Source: Lama glama (Eukaryota). From it: a DNA stretch of 64,000 nt. Of this stretch, positions 51,850 through 64,000 are shown one piece after another (position 1 is the stretch's first letter; every line of letters starts with the position of its first letter). The position numbers and the translations under genes were made by a program. The notes beneath the pieces are model-generated. The model did no database searches. It was not told where the DNA came from and saw only the letters and a program-made list of their open reading frames with translations. The stretch is taken from NCBI GenBank assembly GCA_028534125.1, contig CM052817.1, positions 57,476,001 through 57,540,000 of the forward strand, given 5' to 3'.

Positions 51850-53620
51850 TTGCACGTTGGTCAGGAAGACCGTCCAAGCACAGCCCGGAAACCCAACATG
51901 TTGCACGAATTCCTACGTGCTGCTGCCACCAGCGCCTGCTTCGGCGGCGGCATTCCGGACTGAAATAGGCATTCGGCCATTTTCTCAAAATACGTACCAA
52001 ACACAAAGCAGCTCTCTGCAAACTCGGGCGCTCTCGCTTCCTCTCGGCTCGGCCCACTCACTGCCACACACTGACAACCCAACTCGTCGAGTTCCCCAAC
52101 TCTCGTCCTGAAGCTTTTCTTGGGCTACCCAACACTAAAGAAGGCAAGGTAGGCAAACTCGGGGCGCCGGGTGGGCCAGACCCAGTCTTCCCCAGTCCAG
52201 GCTGCCCCCTCTCGGCCCAAGAGCCCGAGTCCGGGAAGAGGGAGGAAAGTTACCGCGTCGCGCCGTCCCGGCTCCTCACCGGCGCTGGGCTCGCCCTCAG
52301 CAGAGGGCCGGGGAGCCTCCGCGGGCGCCCTCCCGAGGCTCCGGGCCCCGAGCGCCGGAGGGGGCCCCAAGCGCGCCGGCCGCCCCCCGCGCCCCGGAAG
52401 TTTGCGGGCTCACTCCCCAACGGCGCCCCGCGGGACGCACGCCCTGGCCTCTCCGTCTCCGCCCGCGAAGTGGCCCAGCGCCGAGGACCCGGCCGGGCGG
52501 GCGGCCGGAGCGTAGAAATCGCTGTCCAGCCCCATTGGTGGAACTGCCCGGGCCCCGGGCTGACTCAACCCGCCCCGCCGCACTCAACGGCGCCTTCCGG
52601 CGAAAGGGAGAGGCCGGAGGGAGGGGGACGGCAGGGCCGCCGGCAGGCGAGGGGCTGCGGCGGGACCTGGAGCAGGAGGACGACGAGAGGAAGTTTCAGG
52701 ACTAGGGCCCCAGGCAGCTCCGCTCCTCGCCACAGGACCCGACTCCGAGGGACGCCCGGGCCCACGCGGAGGCGGTGGCCGGGCCTTAGCTGGGGAGGGG
52801 GTCCTGGCGCCGAGTCGCTCCCCACGGACGCCCCCGGCCCAGCCCCCAGGCCGCGGCGGTGTAACCCGATCTCGCGCGGTTGCTCGTCCCCGCCAGCCCG
52901 GGCCGCCGCCGCCGCCGCCGAAGCCATAGTATCTGCAAATCAGCCCTGGACAGCGCCTCGCTCCGCGTCCTTCCGCGCCCTCTCCCTCCCCCTCCCGCTG
53001 CCGCCACCGCCGCCTGGACGGCCCTCCCCTACCCTCCCCGCCACCGTCCTCAGACCGCGTCGCACTTACCGGCCTTCCCTGACGAGGAGGGGTAACGACC
53101 CGGCGTCGCAGCTCCTTCTCCGACTACTTTTCTTTGTTGCTGGAGTTTCGGGGGAGGGGAGAGGGAGGGTGGAAAAGTTGGACGCTGGGGCCGTCGAGGC
53201 CCGCGAAGACGCAGGAGTGGGTCTGCACAGAGTATTCAGGCTACCGGTTCTCGCCTGGCCGCCGCCGTCGGGGTCTGGGGTCAGGGGCCTCGGCGGCGCT
53301 TGCTGGGCCGCTGCGCCGCGAGCTCCCCGGAGCCGCACATTCCAGCACAGGAGGATACGCCGCGCACCCGGCCCGCGCCGCCGCCGCCGCCGCCCGCGGG
53401 ACACGCCCCCTCGCCGCCCGCGCGCGCCCTCGGGACACGCCCCCTCCGCCGCTGGCGCGCGTGGCTTCCTAGCCTGGCCCGGCCCGCCCGCCCCTCCCTG
53501 CCCCGCCCCTGGGCGAAGGGGTTTCTTCTGGGCCCTAGCTGGAATGGAGGCGCCCTTAATCCGCCCGGCCCCTCACTCTGGCCCTTAAGTCAAAAAAGAA
53601 GCGAGCCTCGCACCCTTTCT
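51850..53620. promoter_or_regulatory. REST: REST CpG-island promoter containing non-coding first exon(s)
   Basis: Very high GC and CpG density, GC boxes, (GCC)n runs at ~52903-52920 and ~53376-53393, and several minus-strand splice donors. Confidence 0.92.
53070..53395 (-). other. REST: REST non-coding exon 1a (5' end approximate)
   Basis: Strong donor GAAGGCCG|gtaagt at 53070/53069. The sequence gaaactccagcaacaaagaaaagtagtcggagaaggagc matches my recall of the REST 5' UTR. Confidence 0.8.
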
Positions 53621-56600
53621 TGATTTCCTTTATACACAAATGCCAGAAATGTTACCCCCCAGCTCTGGCGTGCATGCATGGGAATAAAGCTGTTAAAAGA
53701 ACATACAGGCTTTAACACCCGCCGTTTCAAGTCTAAAGCTCGCGAAAATACCTTTCAGAATCTCTTAGAAAGCCTCCACCAAGAGATAGCCACACTTAAC
53801 TAAGCTTCGTTTCAACCTTATATATTTAATAAATACCTTCCAAATTTTAACAGTAAGGGAGAGAAACGGAATCAGTTACTGGGTTGTGAGAAGAAAATGT
53901 TTCGGGAAGATTGTGGACCCAAAATTGTTGAGAGAGGGGAGAAGTCCCTAGAAGTGGCCATATCGGGTCAATGTTGAGCCTTCAAAGTAAGATTTCAGTG
54001 GAGCAATAACCCTCAGATAAAAGGGGGTAAAGAGGGTTGTGAGGACTTGGAGGCTCTTCACGACTTGTCGGAAATCTGGCTCACAGATTTATAAAGTGGG
54101 GTCACCATGCATGCTACGTAGTACACAGTAGTATGCTAGAGAGAGAGGGTGAAAGAGAAGGTAGTTTCATGCATCCTTTTCCTTCTTTTTGTACCAGAAA
54201 TGCTTGGATATCTTAAATCGTAGCTGTCCTCAGACGTTTCATGGCTCCTTTAAACCCCTTAGTGTGACATTCAAGGCCCTGACTAACCAGATTTAAGGTA
54301 AATTGGACTATCACTAGTATTGTAATAGAAGTAGCAGCAAGCACTTTGGGGGTTAGAGTAGGGAGAGCTTCTAAAAGGATCTAGAAACTTGTCACCATAC
54401 GTGATTATCCACTCTGGCTTTGAGAATTAGAATTTCAACAGGTGGAGAATAGGTGAGGGAACATTATACACAGTGAAAACAGCAAGCTCAAAAACCTACC
54501 TGAGACTACCCTACCTCCTCCTCCAGCTCCCTCAGTTCCATCTCTCTCAAGTGCCTTCACTTTTTTCTCCTATGAGAAAGCTTCCAGACTGTACTTTCCT
54601 GCTCTACTCCTCAGTAGACCTGTTTCCCTAAATCTGGACAATATATTATCATATATATTAATGCAGTGTCAGATACAAGGTGGAATGAAGGCCCTAAGGT
54701 GCTTAACCATCAAAGGTTTTAATATCAAATGCAAGCTCTCCCCATAAATCAAACTCGAGAAGTATTCGTTTTCATTGATCCCAAGAGAAAAAAAAAAGAA
54801 AGGCAGAAAGGAAGGGTAAAAGAAAAAAAGAGAGAGAGAGAGAATGGTGGGGTTGGGAAAGAAAGAATGAAAGGCAGAAAGGAAGGAAAGAAGGAAGAAA
54901 ATTTTCATAGGCCTGGTACAAAGTTTTATATATTTTTTCTCTTTTTTAAATTCATTTTTTTCTAATTTCTTTTTTTTTTTTAAACTAAACTCCAATTTGA
55001 GGCTACATAGCTTTTTAAGATGCTATAGCCCAGGGAACAATTCTAGCCTCTATCAAAGACCTAAAAAAAACCTTTCCTTTTTCATGTCCAATAAAACAAA
55101 AATGAAATGTCTCTTTTTAAACTTACTAGATGTCCTTCAATTACTCAGTCTGACTGCTTACTGGAAATGTTTTATTAATTATGAATTTATTCCCACATAC
55201 TGTGATGTAAATAGATGAATAGTGAATCAGCAGCTGAATTCATTTAAAATTAGCAAAGGCCCTTCTTCAAGAGATGGAATACTCAAAATAACCCAAATTA
55301 TCATGACATGAAGACCACAGGTCAAATTTAAGGCCAAATCACAAATTGATAGAAACTTTCCTTGGGAGAAGCTGGCGCTATGAACTTGAATTCTTAATTG
55401 TTTTTCAAGGGGCAGAATTTTACTTTGCTGGGTCCAAAATTTAAGATCTTCTGCAAGGTAAAGACTTTGAAATGTGACTGAGCAATGGTCTTTTAATTCT
55501 AAGCCTATGGATTCTTTCCCACAAATTGAATTAATCATTTAAAAAATTTTAATTATTGCATGTTCTTAGTAATATTTTTTCTCTAGAGATTTATTTCAAA
55601 AGTTTGGTTAAATATTGTTTCTGAACTTCTATAAGCTTTTTATTCCTAATTATTCACTTTTTCTTTTAAACAAAATCTCATTTTGACAGAACCCACATTA
55701 ATGTTACACTGAAGTTCAATAATCTGCTTTCAGTGTTACATCTTACTCAAGGTTAATATTGATTAAAAGTTAGGGTACACATGTCTCTATCTTGATGTTA
55801 AAAGCTTTTCTTTCCACTCTAGCTTTCACCAGCCAAAGATACAAGATTGGACTATTTGGGGCCTTTCTCCCGTATTCCTTACATTTCCAGTAGTACCTGT
55901 TACTGCTTGCACCTCCAGGAATCTCTTCCTGATATAACCAATCCTATAGGAATTGAACTCTGGCTCTGAAATTCTTGTTCTCTGAGTCAGCACAATTTCT
56001 ATTTCTCATTTAGTAAACAGTGAACTTACAACATAACTTAAAATAGTGCTTTCTGCTCTCTATGACCTTATTCTGAAACTTTTGGTGGAAGTAAAAAAAA
56101 AAACAAATGTAGTGATAGACTAGAAAGTGCACTGTCCAGGTAGGCTAGAGAACTGTTTCTCCTACCCTCTGTTGCTTTGAGAAATCACTTCTCTTGAGTT
56201 TTGTATGGCAAATGAAGAAGTTGAATAGTGATACCTCAAATATTCAGCAGCTTAGAAATCTAGGGTGCATTTTATTCTGTTACATTTTGAATCTTGTACA
56301 AGTATTTCCTACAACAGTTGTATATCTTTCAGTTCAATATATCTGGGAGCCCCAGTATCTTCTCTGTAGCTTCTTTTGCCCTCAGTGGGGAGATCCACCA
56401 GTAGGCCTTGAGCCCAACTGGCTTCAAGACTGATAGTGTCTGAAGATAGGGATTTAAGACCCCAGTCCAATTCTGTTGATGGCAGCTTTGTCTACCCTGC
56501 TGCCAGTTGGGCCCTGACCTTTTGCCCTGGTTCAGGAACTGGAACACAGTGTTTTATCACTGACAGTGTCTGCAGCTTGAGCCACAGAGGTGCTTCTAAA

Positions 56601-58445
56601 TGCTGAGAGAAGGGAGGGAGGCAAGCTGGGGAGCCCCAGAATGAGCTGGGCTTCCTCCTGCCTTCTCACAGAGCCCACTTTGAACCACTTTCCCCTTGTT
56701 CCTTTTCCCTTCACCTCACTGGCCTCCTTGAACCCTGGCTACTCTTCCAACTCAGGTCACTTGTTCTGCTTCCTGTTCCTTTTCTGAAAGACTATCCAGT
56801 ACCTCTCCATTCATGCTGCTCATCTCCTCCCCTCCTTGGATCAGAGGTCACCTTCTCAGGGGCCACACTCTAGAATTTCAGCCTCTTCCCTTTACATCCA
56901 ATCCTATGGTCCTTCCCTGCTTTGTTTTTCTTGCTACCATTTATCCCTAACAAACATGCCATATATTTTATTTATTTATCCTTTTATTGTTTACCTTTCC
57001 TTACTAGAACCAAGCTCTGGAAGGGCAGAGAATTTGGTCTTTATCTCCAGTGTCTATAACATGGTAGTTGCTCAACATATGTGTATTAATTCACAGGATC
57101 CTATCTTGGTATCAGTCTATCAGAGTGGGGCCCTCCATACCCTTATCAGTATCCCCAGTTCAGTCCCCATCATAGACTTCCCTCATGATCAATGCTGGTC
57201 TGCCTCTTTGAATGGCCCCTAAAAATATCTCCTTTTCAATAACTATTCATTGAATGGATAAATAAATGCTCCCAGATCACAGGTCCCTAAGCGCTGCCTT
57301 CCTGTTGAAAATCTCACTTCCTGCTCTTCTGCATATTATATTCCTAACACACTCCTAGTTCCACACACCAATATCTCCTTGGATTTTCCTTGGTGGAGTT
57401 TTACTGTCTGGGCCTTAGGGGTCTCTCCATTTGCCCCTGTTTAAATACAAACCTCACCCCTCTCCCTGTACAGCCCATCATCTGCATTGCCCTGCCCCTT
57501 CCCTGCATTCCATCTCTCTGCTCTGGCCTTCCCTGTTGTCCTTCTTCCTAGATTCTCCCTCCATATGGTGTGCAAACCACAAAATGTCACAACTGAAAGA
57601 GATGTCAGAGGTTCAAGCTCTTGTTTTATAGATGAAAGGAGACAGGCCTGCAAACAGTTGGCTTGCCCAGGTTTGCACAACTAGTTAGGGCACATGTGGA
57701 ACCAGAACCTAGGGGCTCAGATTTCCAACCTGTCTGCTGATCTTTCCATGTATCTTAAACTCTCTTCACTGGTCCTAGCAGTTGCCCTTCCCTAAAACAT
57801 CTTTTACTCTTTTGGGCCTGATGAGCTACTTTTGTTCAATAGCTATACAGCAGTATATTTTTGAGGCAAGAAGTCTCTTCAGATCCACATTTCCTTAACT
57901 CTTGAGCCTATTTTAATGTTAAGCCTATTTTCTGGCAAGAAAACCCTTATTGTTCTCTATTGCTTTTAAAAATACTGAAGACCCAGCATTGACATTTTAA
58001 CCTACAAAGCTCATCATCAATTTAGGGGAAACAGAACAACTTTTGGCAGCCTTTCCCTTCCTCCCAGAAAGAGGCAAAGGCTTCCAGCCTGTATTCCTAA
58101 AGTGCCATGAAATGCACACTATCGTACATATCTTCCTTCCCCTTTCTGACGTGACTGTGAAGACCTGGAGAGATAAGGTACTGTGTTGTATGTTCTCCAT
58201 ATGATCTTATTCCTGACATAGTCAATAAAATCAAACTTGTAACAAAGTACACAACCCAGCCAAGGCTAAAACCAGGCTTTGGTTTATAAATAAACATTTC
58301 TTTGGTGGACATTTCCTTGTCATCAAATTATTCCTTAACCTACTAGAATGACTAAAAGTAAAACAACAGACAATATAAAATGCTGATGAGGATGCTGAGC
58401 AACCTTAATATTCAAATATTGAGGAGAAATGAAAACTGGTACAAC

Positions 58446-59045
58446 TGAAAGGGTGGGGGTGGGGGGGTCCCCTGAGATAGAGAACCAGGCATGGGTTTCT
58501 TGACATAAAAGAAGCCAATCTGCCCTAAGCCTTTTGTAATCTAAGCCTGGCTGGGATGCTTGTCCTTGAACAGGTCTCAGTAATTAATGATCTTAAGGGA
58601 AACGAGGGAAGGCAGGAACAAAGGAAAAGCAGTCAAGAAGCAACAGTTCAGCAAATGAAACACAATCCTAGTTCCTCCTCAAGGGCTCTACATAACACTC
58701 TGATACATATCTTTGAGTTCTGCAGGAACCAGACCCCACAGGTGGAGGATGGAATGATGTTGACCTTTTCTGACCCTCAGTGACTTCAATCAACTAAAGC
58801 TAGGACTGTGTCAAGCTTTGTCCCAATTCTATGCTTAATTCTCTGCTCAAGCTTTCATGAATATGCATATACCCTTAGCTTAAAAGTTGCCCAGTTTTTC
58901 TTTTTGGAGAGACACTGCTCTGGGAAAGATCCCTGAGGTTCTCCTTACTTGCTGCAGACAATAAACCTGTACTTCCCCTAGTCTTTGGCTTGGTCGTGTC
59001 TTTCAGCTCAACACCCACCAAGAGGCAAACCATTTTTGGGTAACA
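58446..59045 (+). mobile_element. ERV solo LTR (probably class I) inserted in an old L1 fragment
   Basis: TG...CA termini (tgaaaggg...ggtaaca), internal aataaa at ~58960, and flanks caac/cacc resembling a 4-nt TSD. It interrupts the L1 phrase aactggtacaac|...ttttggaaaacag. Confidence 0.75.
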
Positions 59046-59255
59046 CACCTTTTTGGAAAACAGTCTTGAAGAAGTTTCTTACAGAGGCAATTAGAACATA
59101 ATCTAGGTATCTTATTTCAAGTGTTAACTGAATAAAATTGAAAATTTATACCATGCAAAGACCCTGTAGGGAAGGGCCTAAAAATTGAAACAGTCCTAAA
59201 GCCCGAATGGTGAACAGATAAGCAAATTTTAATACACTCATCCAATGGAATAAAG

Positions 59256-59796
59256 TGTGCTGGAGTTAAAACTTTTCCTGTACTCTCTTTAGGGATTGGA
59301 GTCTTTGGAATTCAAATGACAGAAGACAGATTAGCAAAAGATAACATTTAACCACCATATTTTTGTTAAACTATGCAGAGGGTTTAGAGGAAAATGTGAT
59401 TCAAGGGGTAGTTAGAATTTAAGGCTTATATACCATCTTAAAAGGGGAAGAGAAGGGAGAAAAAGACACTAATGGGAAAATAAATCAGTTCTCAATAAGA
59501 GAAGTGGAAGGAGAAAGGGCACTCATGGGAAAACAAATGAGTTTTTGGAAAGGTAAATGGGCCTCTGGAGAATAGATAGGAGATGTAATAGTTTTGTGAC
59601 AATGTCTCATTAGATGTGTGGAGCCTTCTCATACCCATAAGAGTTAGTCATCTCTGGTGAATCCCAGGGGAGGGGATTTATGACAATTGAGTTCTTTTAG
59701 TCCTGCTTTTAGGAAGATAAGAGATTTTAAGAATTCAAATGCCTTCTGCTAAAAATAATTTTTATGCCACAGTGAGAGGATATGATGACCCCTTCA
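59256..59796 (-). mobile_element. ERV1 solo LTR (MER34-like)
   Basis: Minus strand begins tgaaggggtca...tggcataaaaattatttt and ends ...cagcaca. Exact 4-nt TSD aaag on both sides. Confidence 0.78.
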
Positions 59797-61404
59797 AAAG
59801 CAATGAAAAGGAACTAGTTACTGATACACGTAACTACACAGATGAATCTCAAAAGCACTGAGATCATCCTTTTGTGAAAGAAGTCAGATAAAAAAGATTC
59901 TATTTATATATTATTCTGAAAAAGGCAAGCTAAGAAATATGAATGAGACCAGTGGTTGCCACAAGGCTGTGATGAGAGAAGTGGATTGACTTCAAAAGGG
60001 CACAACAGAATTTTGGGGTGATGTAAATGATCTATATCTTGGTGGTGATAGCTACACAACTGTATACATTTCTCAAAATTCATAGACACAAACAACTTAA
60101 AAGGGCAAATTTTACTAAATGCAAATTTACTTCAGTAAACCTAAAACTTGGAAAAATTTAACTATAAACAATAGAAACTCCTTTTTCTTTGTAGTGGTGT
60201 TTTGGTTATTTGCATTATTTTGGTAAGTGTTCAAAATCTTTTCACAAAATGTTATTTCTAAGAATGTTGGTTTTCCTCCTGATAGTGTCTACCGATTTAT
60301 AATAAGAAGTCATTTCCTATCCTTAAAGCTGTTCTATTCAACAGGAATTTATCAAGTGCCTTCTCTGTTTAAGGCATAAATGTGGTGAGAGAGTGAAGGG
60401 TAAGTAAAGAAGTATAAAATAGGTTTTAACCTTCACCATCTTGCAATCTAGTTGAGGGAAAAAAACATACCCTGCTTCGGTAAAAGCACAAACAGTAAGA
60501 GCTTTTAGAGTTTGGAGGTGAAGGCTTTTAGGTAGGCAAAGCTTCAAGGAAAAGGTGGAGGATGAATTTCAGGAAACTAAGCAGCCCATGGGCATAGTTT
60601 ATAAAGAGTCAAAAGTCTAGATATCAGTTACCTTAAGGTCATTCCTAATGTGTTATCCCAAGAGGCAGGGAGGCTGCTCCTCTGCTGAAAGATGAAGAGA
60701 CAGAAGGGATGCAGGAAAGTCAAGTAAAGCAGATTGGCCAGCCAGCTGAGGATGGAATAAATCAAGACTGAAGATGAAGTGCTTGGCATTCGTCTAGAAC
60801 AGACACCCTTTTAAGTATGGGCTTGGCTTGTTCCAACGAGGTCTTACATAAGCAGTGATGAAGTCTTTCTGAAAAACAAAACCAGACCACTACAGTCCAA
60901 TCACAACTGTGATCATCACACTATCAAACCTCAATCAAATCAAGTATATTGATTTGGGCGAAAATAAAATCTAAATTCCTGTACTGTATTCAGAAGATAG
61001 AATGTTTCCATAAGAGGCTAGTCTGCAATATAATCCAGAAAAGAGGAAAATGAAGGAGGGACATTGGCACTGTTTACCTAACACTGTGCACAGAGCATTG
61101 AGACATCTAATCTGGCAGACAGGAATGTATAATCTAGGTTTAGCATAGGATAGTTCAGATTTTTTATAGCTCAGAATAGATATCAAGATTATCTTTCCTG
61201 ACATTAAGTTGATGCTCACAAAATATATACCTCATCCATACATTGATTTCAAGTGGCAATTAAGTCATTTATCACCTGGTGTTCTAATTTTTGCATCGCC
61301 TCCTACGATTTTCCTTTTTCTTGCCCTCACTTTCTGGGCTACAGCTACACATGCCAGGCATAGTGCTGTTTTAAGGCATTTGTAGATGTATTTAAATTAA
61401 GTTT

Positions 61405-61750
61405 CTTGAAATGAGTAGATCATTCTGGATTATCTGACTGTGTCCTAAATCCAAAGACAGGTGTCCTTGAAAGAGACACTCAGAGGAGAAAACAGAGAAG
61501 GCAATGTGAAGACTGAGGCACCAGATTGGAGTGATGTAGCCACAAGCGAAGGAAGCTGGCAACCACCAGCAGCTAGAAGCGACATAAAAAAGATTCTCTC
61601 CCCAGGGGCCATTCAGAGGGAGCATGGCTCAGCTGACACCTTGATGTTAAACTTCCAGCCTCTAGATAAAATTGTGAGAGAATATGTTTCTCTTGTTTGA
61701 AGCCACCCAGTTGTGGCAATTTGCTACAGCAGCCCTAGAGACTAATACAT
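61405..61750 (+). mobile_element. MaLR (MLT1-like) LTR fragment
   Basis: gagtagatcattctggattat...atgtgaagactgaggca...ccaccagcagctagaag...acagcagccctagagactaataca. Confidence 0.75.
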
Positions 61751-62359
61751 TGCATGATGTCATCTATGTAACATTCTCAAACTGATAAAATTAAAGAAAT
61801 GGAGAATAGATCAGACATGACCAGGTATTAAGAATGGGGTGTGTGTGCATTTGATGGGGTGGGAAGGAGACTTGTGAATATAAAGCTACACTACAAAGGA
61901 GATCCTTGTGGTGATGTAATAGTTCTGTATGTATGTAAATGTGATTAATCTGAATACGGTCTGTGGATTGTAACAATGTCAATTTCCCTGTTTTGATATT
62001 GTACTATAATTATATAAAATATTGTTACTGGAGGAAAGTGGAAGATGGGGGATACTGGATTCCACTGTACTATTTTTGCAACTTCCTGTGAATTTATAAT
62101 TATTTTAAATTGAAAAGTTTAAAGAATTAATTTCACTTGTTTTTTTTAAAAACTTCTTTGTTATGACTGCTAGAAAAATTGTAACTACATATATGGCTTG
62201 TACTATATTTTTATTTGACCAGTGCTTCCCTAGAATGTGATTTCCCCTTCATAGATCTACACAAGGGGCTGAGTGACCTCCTGCCCTGAAATGTCAGCCT
62301 GACCTTCTATAATTGCAGTAAAAACAATACAAATCTGAGAAGTAGAGTGATAATAGGAG

Positions 62360-62590
62360 GGGAAATACAAGCTGAGTCAGACGCACCTGGGTGGAATCCT
62401 GGCATTGCCACTTAGGGTCAGACCTCAAACAAGTCCCTTGACCTCTCTCAGCCTACATCTCTTAGTCCAGAGACTCAGAATGATATTGCCATCTGGTCAA
62501 GACTAAGGTGAGGACAAAGTGGGGTCACAGATGGAGAAACCCCTGCAGAATGCCTGGCAGAGCACTCAGTAAATGTCAGTTGTTTGCCAT
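62360..62590. mobile_element. MIR-like SINE
   Basis: cctgggtggaatcctggcattgccactt...ttgacctctctcagcct...tgcctggcagagcactcagtaaatg core-like phrases. Confidence 0.6.
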
Positions 62591-64000
62591 TCTCTTCTAA
62601 GTTTCTCAAGCCACATTAGGTTCAAGAAAGAAAAAGAGGAGGGAAGTGATCATTGGGCACCATCTTAGATGCAGTCTGCCCTGCAGTGGAAGTACATTAT
62701 TGCTTAGAGATGCTTTCAGGACTTAATTTCATTCACTGCTCATGATAATCCCGATAATGTAGATTATCACTGTCAATTATTAACCTTCCGAAAGACTGCC
62801 AGGAAAATTTGCTGATTAAGCAAAGCTAAGTTTATTAGGGTACTACAGAGAGAGGGAACAGCACCTTAACAGAGTCTTAGTAATCAGAGGAGGATATTTA
62901 TAGGGTTTAGGCCCAGATTGCATGACTCTAAGAAGGTCTGGCAAGGCAGGGAACTCACTGGGAATAGGCAGAGTTTATAGCATTGGTGAGCAAAGCAATG
63001 CGAGGGGCTTGAAACAAGTATTAATGAGCAAGTTGCTAATTTTGATAAGTAAACTATTTTATTTGGTCCATAGCATCATCTTCTAGGAGCAAGAATTTCA
63101 TAGAGCAAATAGCTAAATTTTAGCCTCATCCCAGAATTATTTAACCCAGGGACAAGAAAGAAAGCTAGTTTCAATTCTCACAGCAATTTTTAAATACACA
63201 TTAAATGATTAGATTAACAACTCACAGTACATCAATAAGAAAATATACTGTGCAGCCATTAAATATGGTAATTATTAAAAGTACTCAAAGATATGTCTAT
63301 ATTATATGTTTATGATATAATGTTAAGTGAAGAAATCAGAAGATGAAATATTAACTTACATGGCCATGACAATGGAAAAATATCTGAACATGTGGAAGAA
63401 AATATGTTTAGAAAATAATGCTAAAATATTGATGTGAAGAATGTCTCAAGATCCTATCAGGAAAGTGAACCCATTTCTAAGTATTTAAAACAGGAAATCT
63501 GAGGCAAAGGATTCTTTGTAGAAGTGATGTGATTGTTTAGAAGCCAAAAGGGCATCCAAAGAGTTAGAGAGACACAATAGGAGTTGGAACCACTGTGGCC
63601 TGTTTAGTAGAACGTGGAGTCATGGAGGAATTGGAGTGAAGGAGGACACCACTGTCCTTCCCAAAACATTTCCCAGGACAGCGGGAGAAGAAAAATACCT
63701 GACTTCTCCCTGACTTCTCCAGTGTATGCCAGTGTTTCCCATTAGCCAACCCAGGCAGCTGCTAGCTTACCAGAAGCCTAGGAAATAAAGCTGGCAAAGG
63801 CCAGGTGCCTTCAGATGTAGAGGAGCACAGGAGATCAGGGACTAGATCTGAGGCCCCAATGAGAACTTTTCACCTGCTTTGGAAATGTTTATTTGCTGGT
63901 GTTCCACTGCTTTTTCAGTTCTAGCAGGGGAAAAAATGTAGATAAATTAATAATCTTCATAAAGAAATCATACATAAGCAGTCTCATACACTGTAGGTTG

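Noticed and set aside
52470..53588. 372-aa plus-strand ORF across the REST CpG island
   Set aside because: GTG start, Arg/Pro/Gly/Ala low complexity and no domain. Long open frames are expected at this GC content.

Overview
Mammalian genomic DNA, probably camelid (inferred from tRNA-Ala-derived SINEs and the absence of recognisable Alu, Bov-A/BovB, PRE-1 or Can-SINE elements). It holds the syntenic block POLR2B - NOA1 - REST. POLR2B (minus strand) contributes coding exons 1-3 and continues off the left edge. NOA1 (plus strand, 7 coding exons, 694 aa by my splicing) lies head-to-head with POLR2B across a ~0.86 kb CpG-rich bidirectional promoter. REST/NRSF (minus strand, 3 coding exons, 966 aa by my splicing) converges on NOA1 and has a CpG-island promoter at ~51.9-53.6 kb and a ~3.7 kb 3' UTR. 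The remainder is intronic or intergenic, with L1, L2/MIR, LTR and DNA-transposon fossils and one 100-N gap. I found no wholly new biological system. The most interesting structure missing from the ORF track is regulatory: the neural REST4 poison exon with nested splice sites, a tandem donor on exon 3, an exon-2 read-through ORF, a uORF and an RE1-like site near the REST promoter, a miRNA seed cluster, and a possible antisense REST last exon over NOA1 exon 5. Transposon oddities include a dimeric SINE, two L1 tails at one target site, and a possibly spliced L1 inside a Tigger2. Gene and repeat names come from recall, not database searches. Repeat boundaries are approximate unless a TSD is given.
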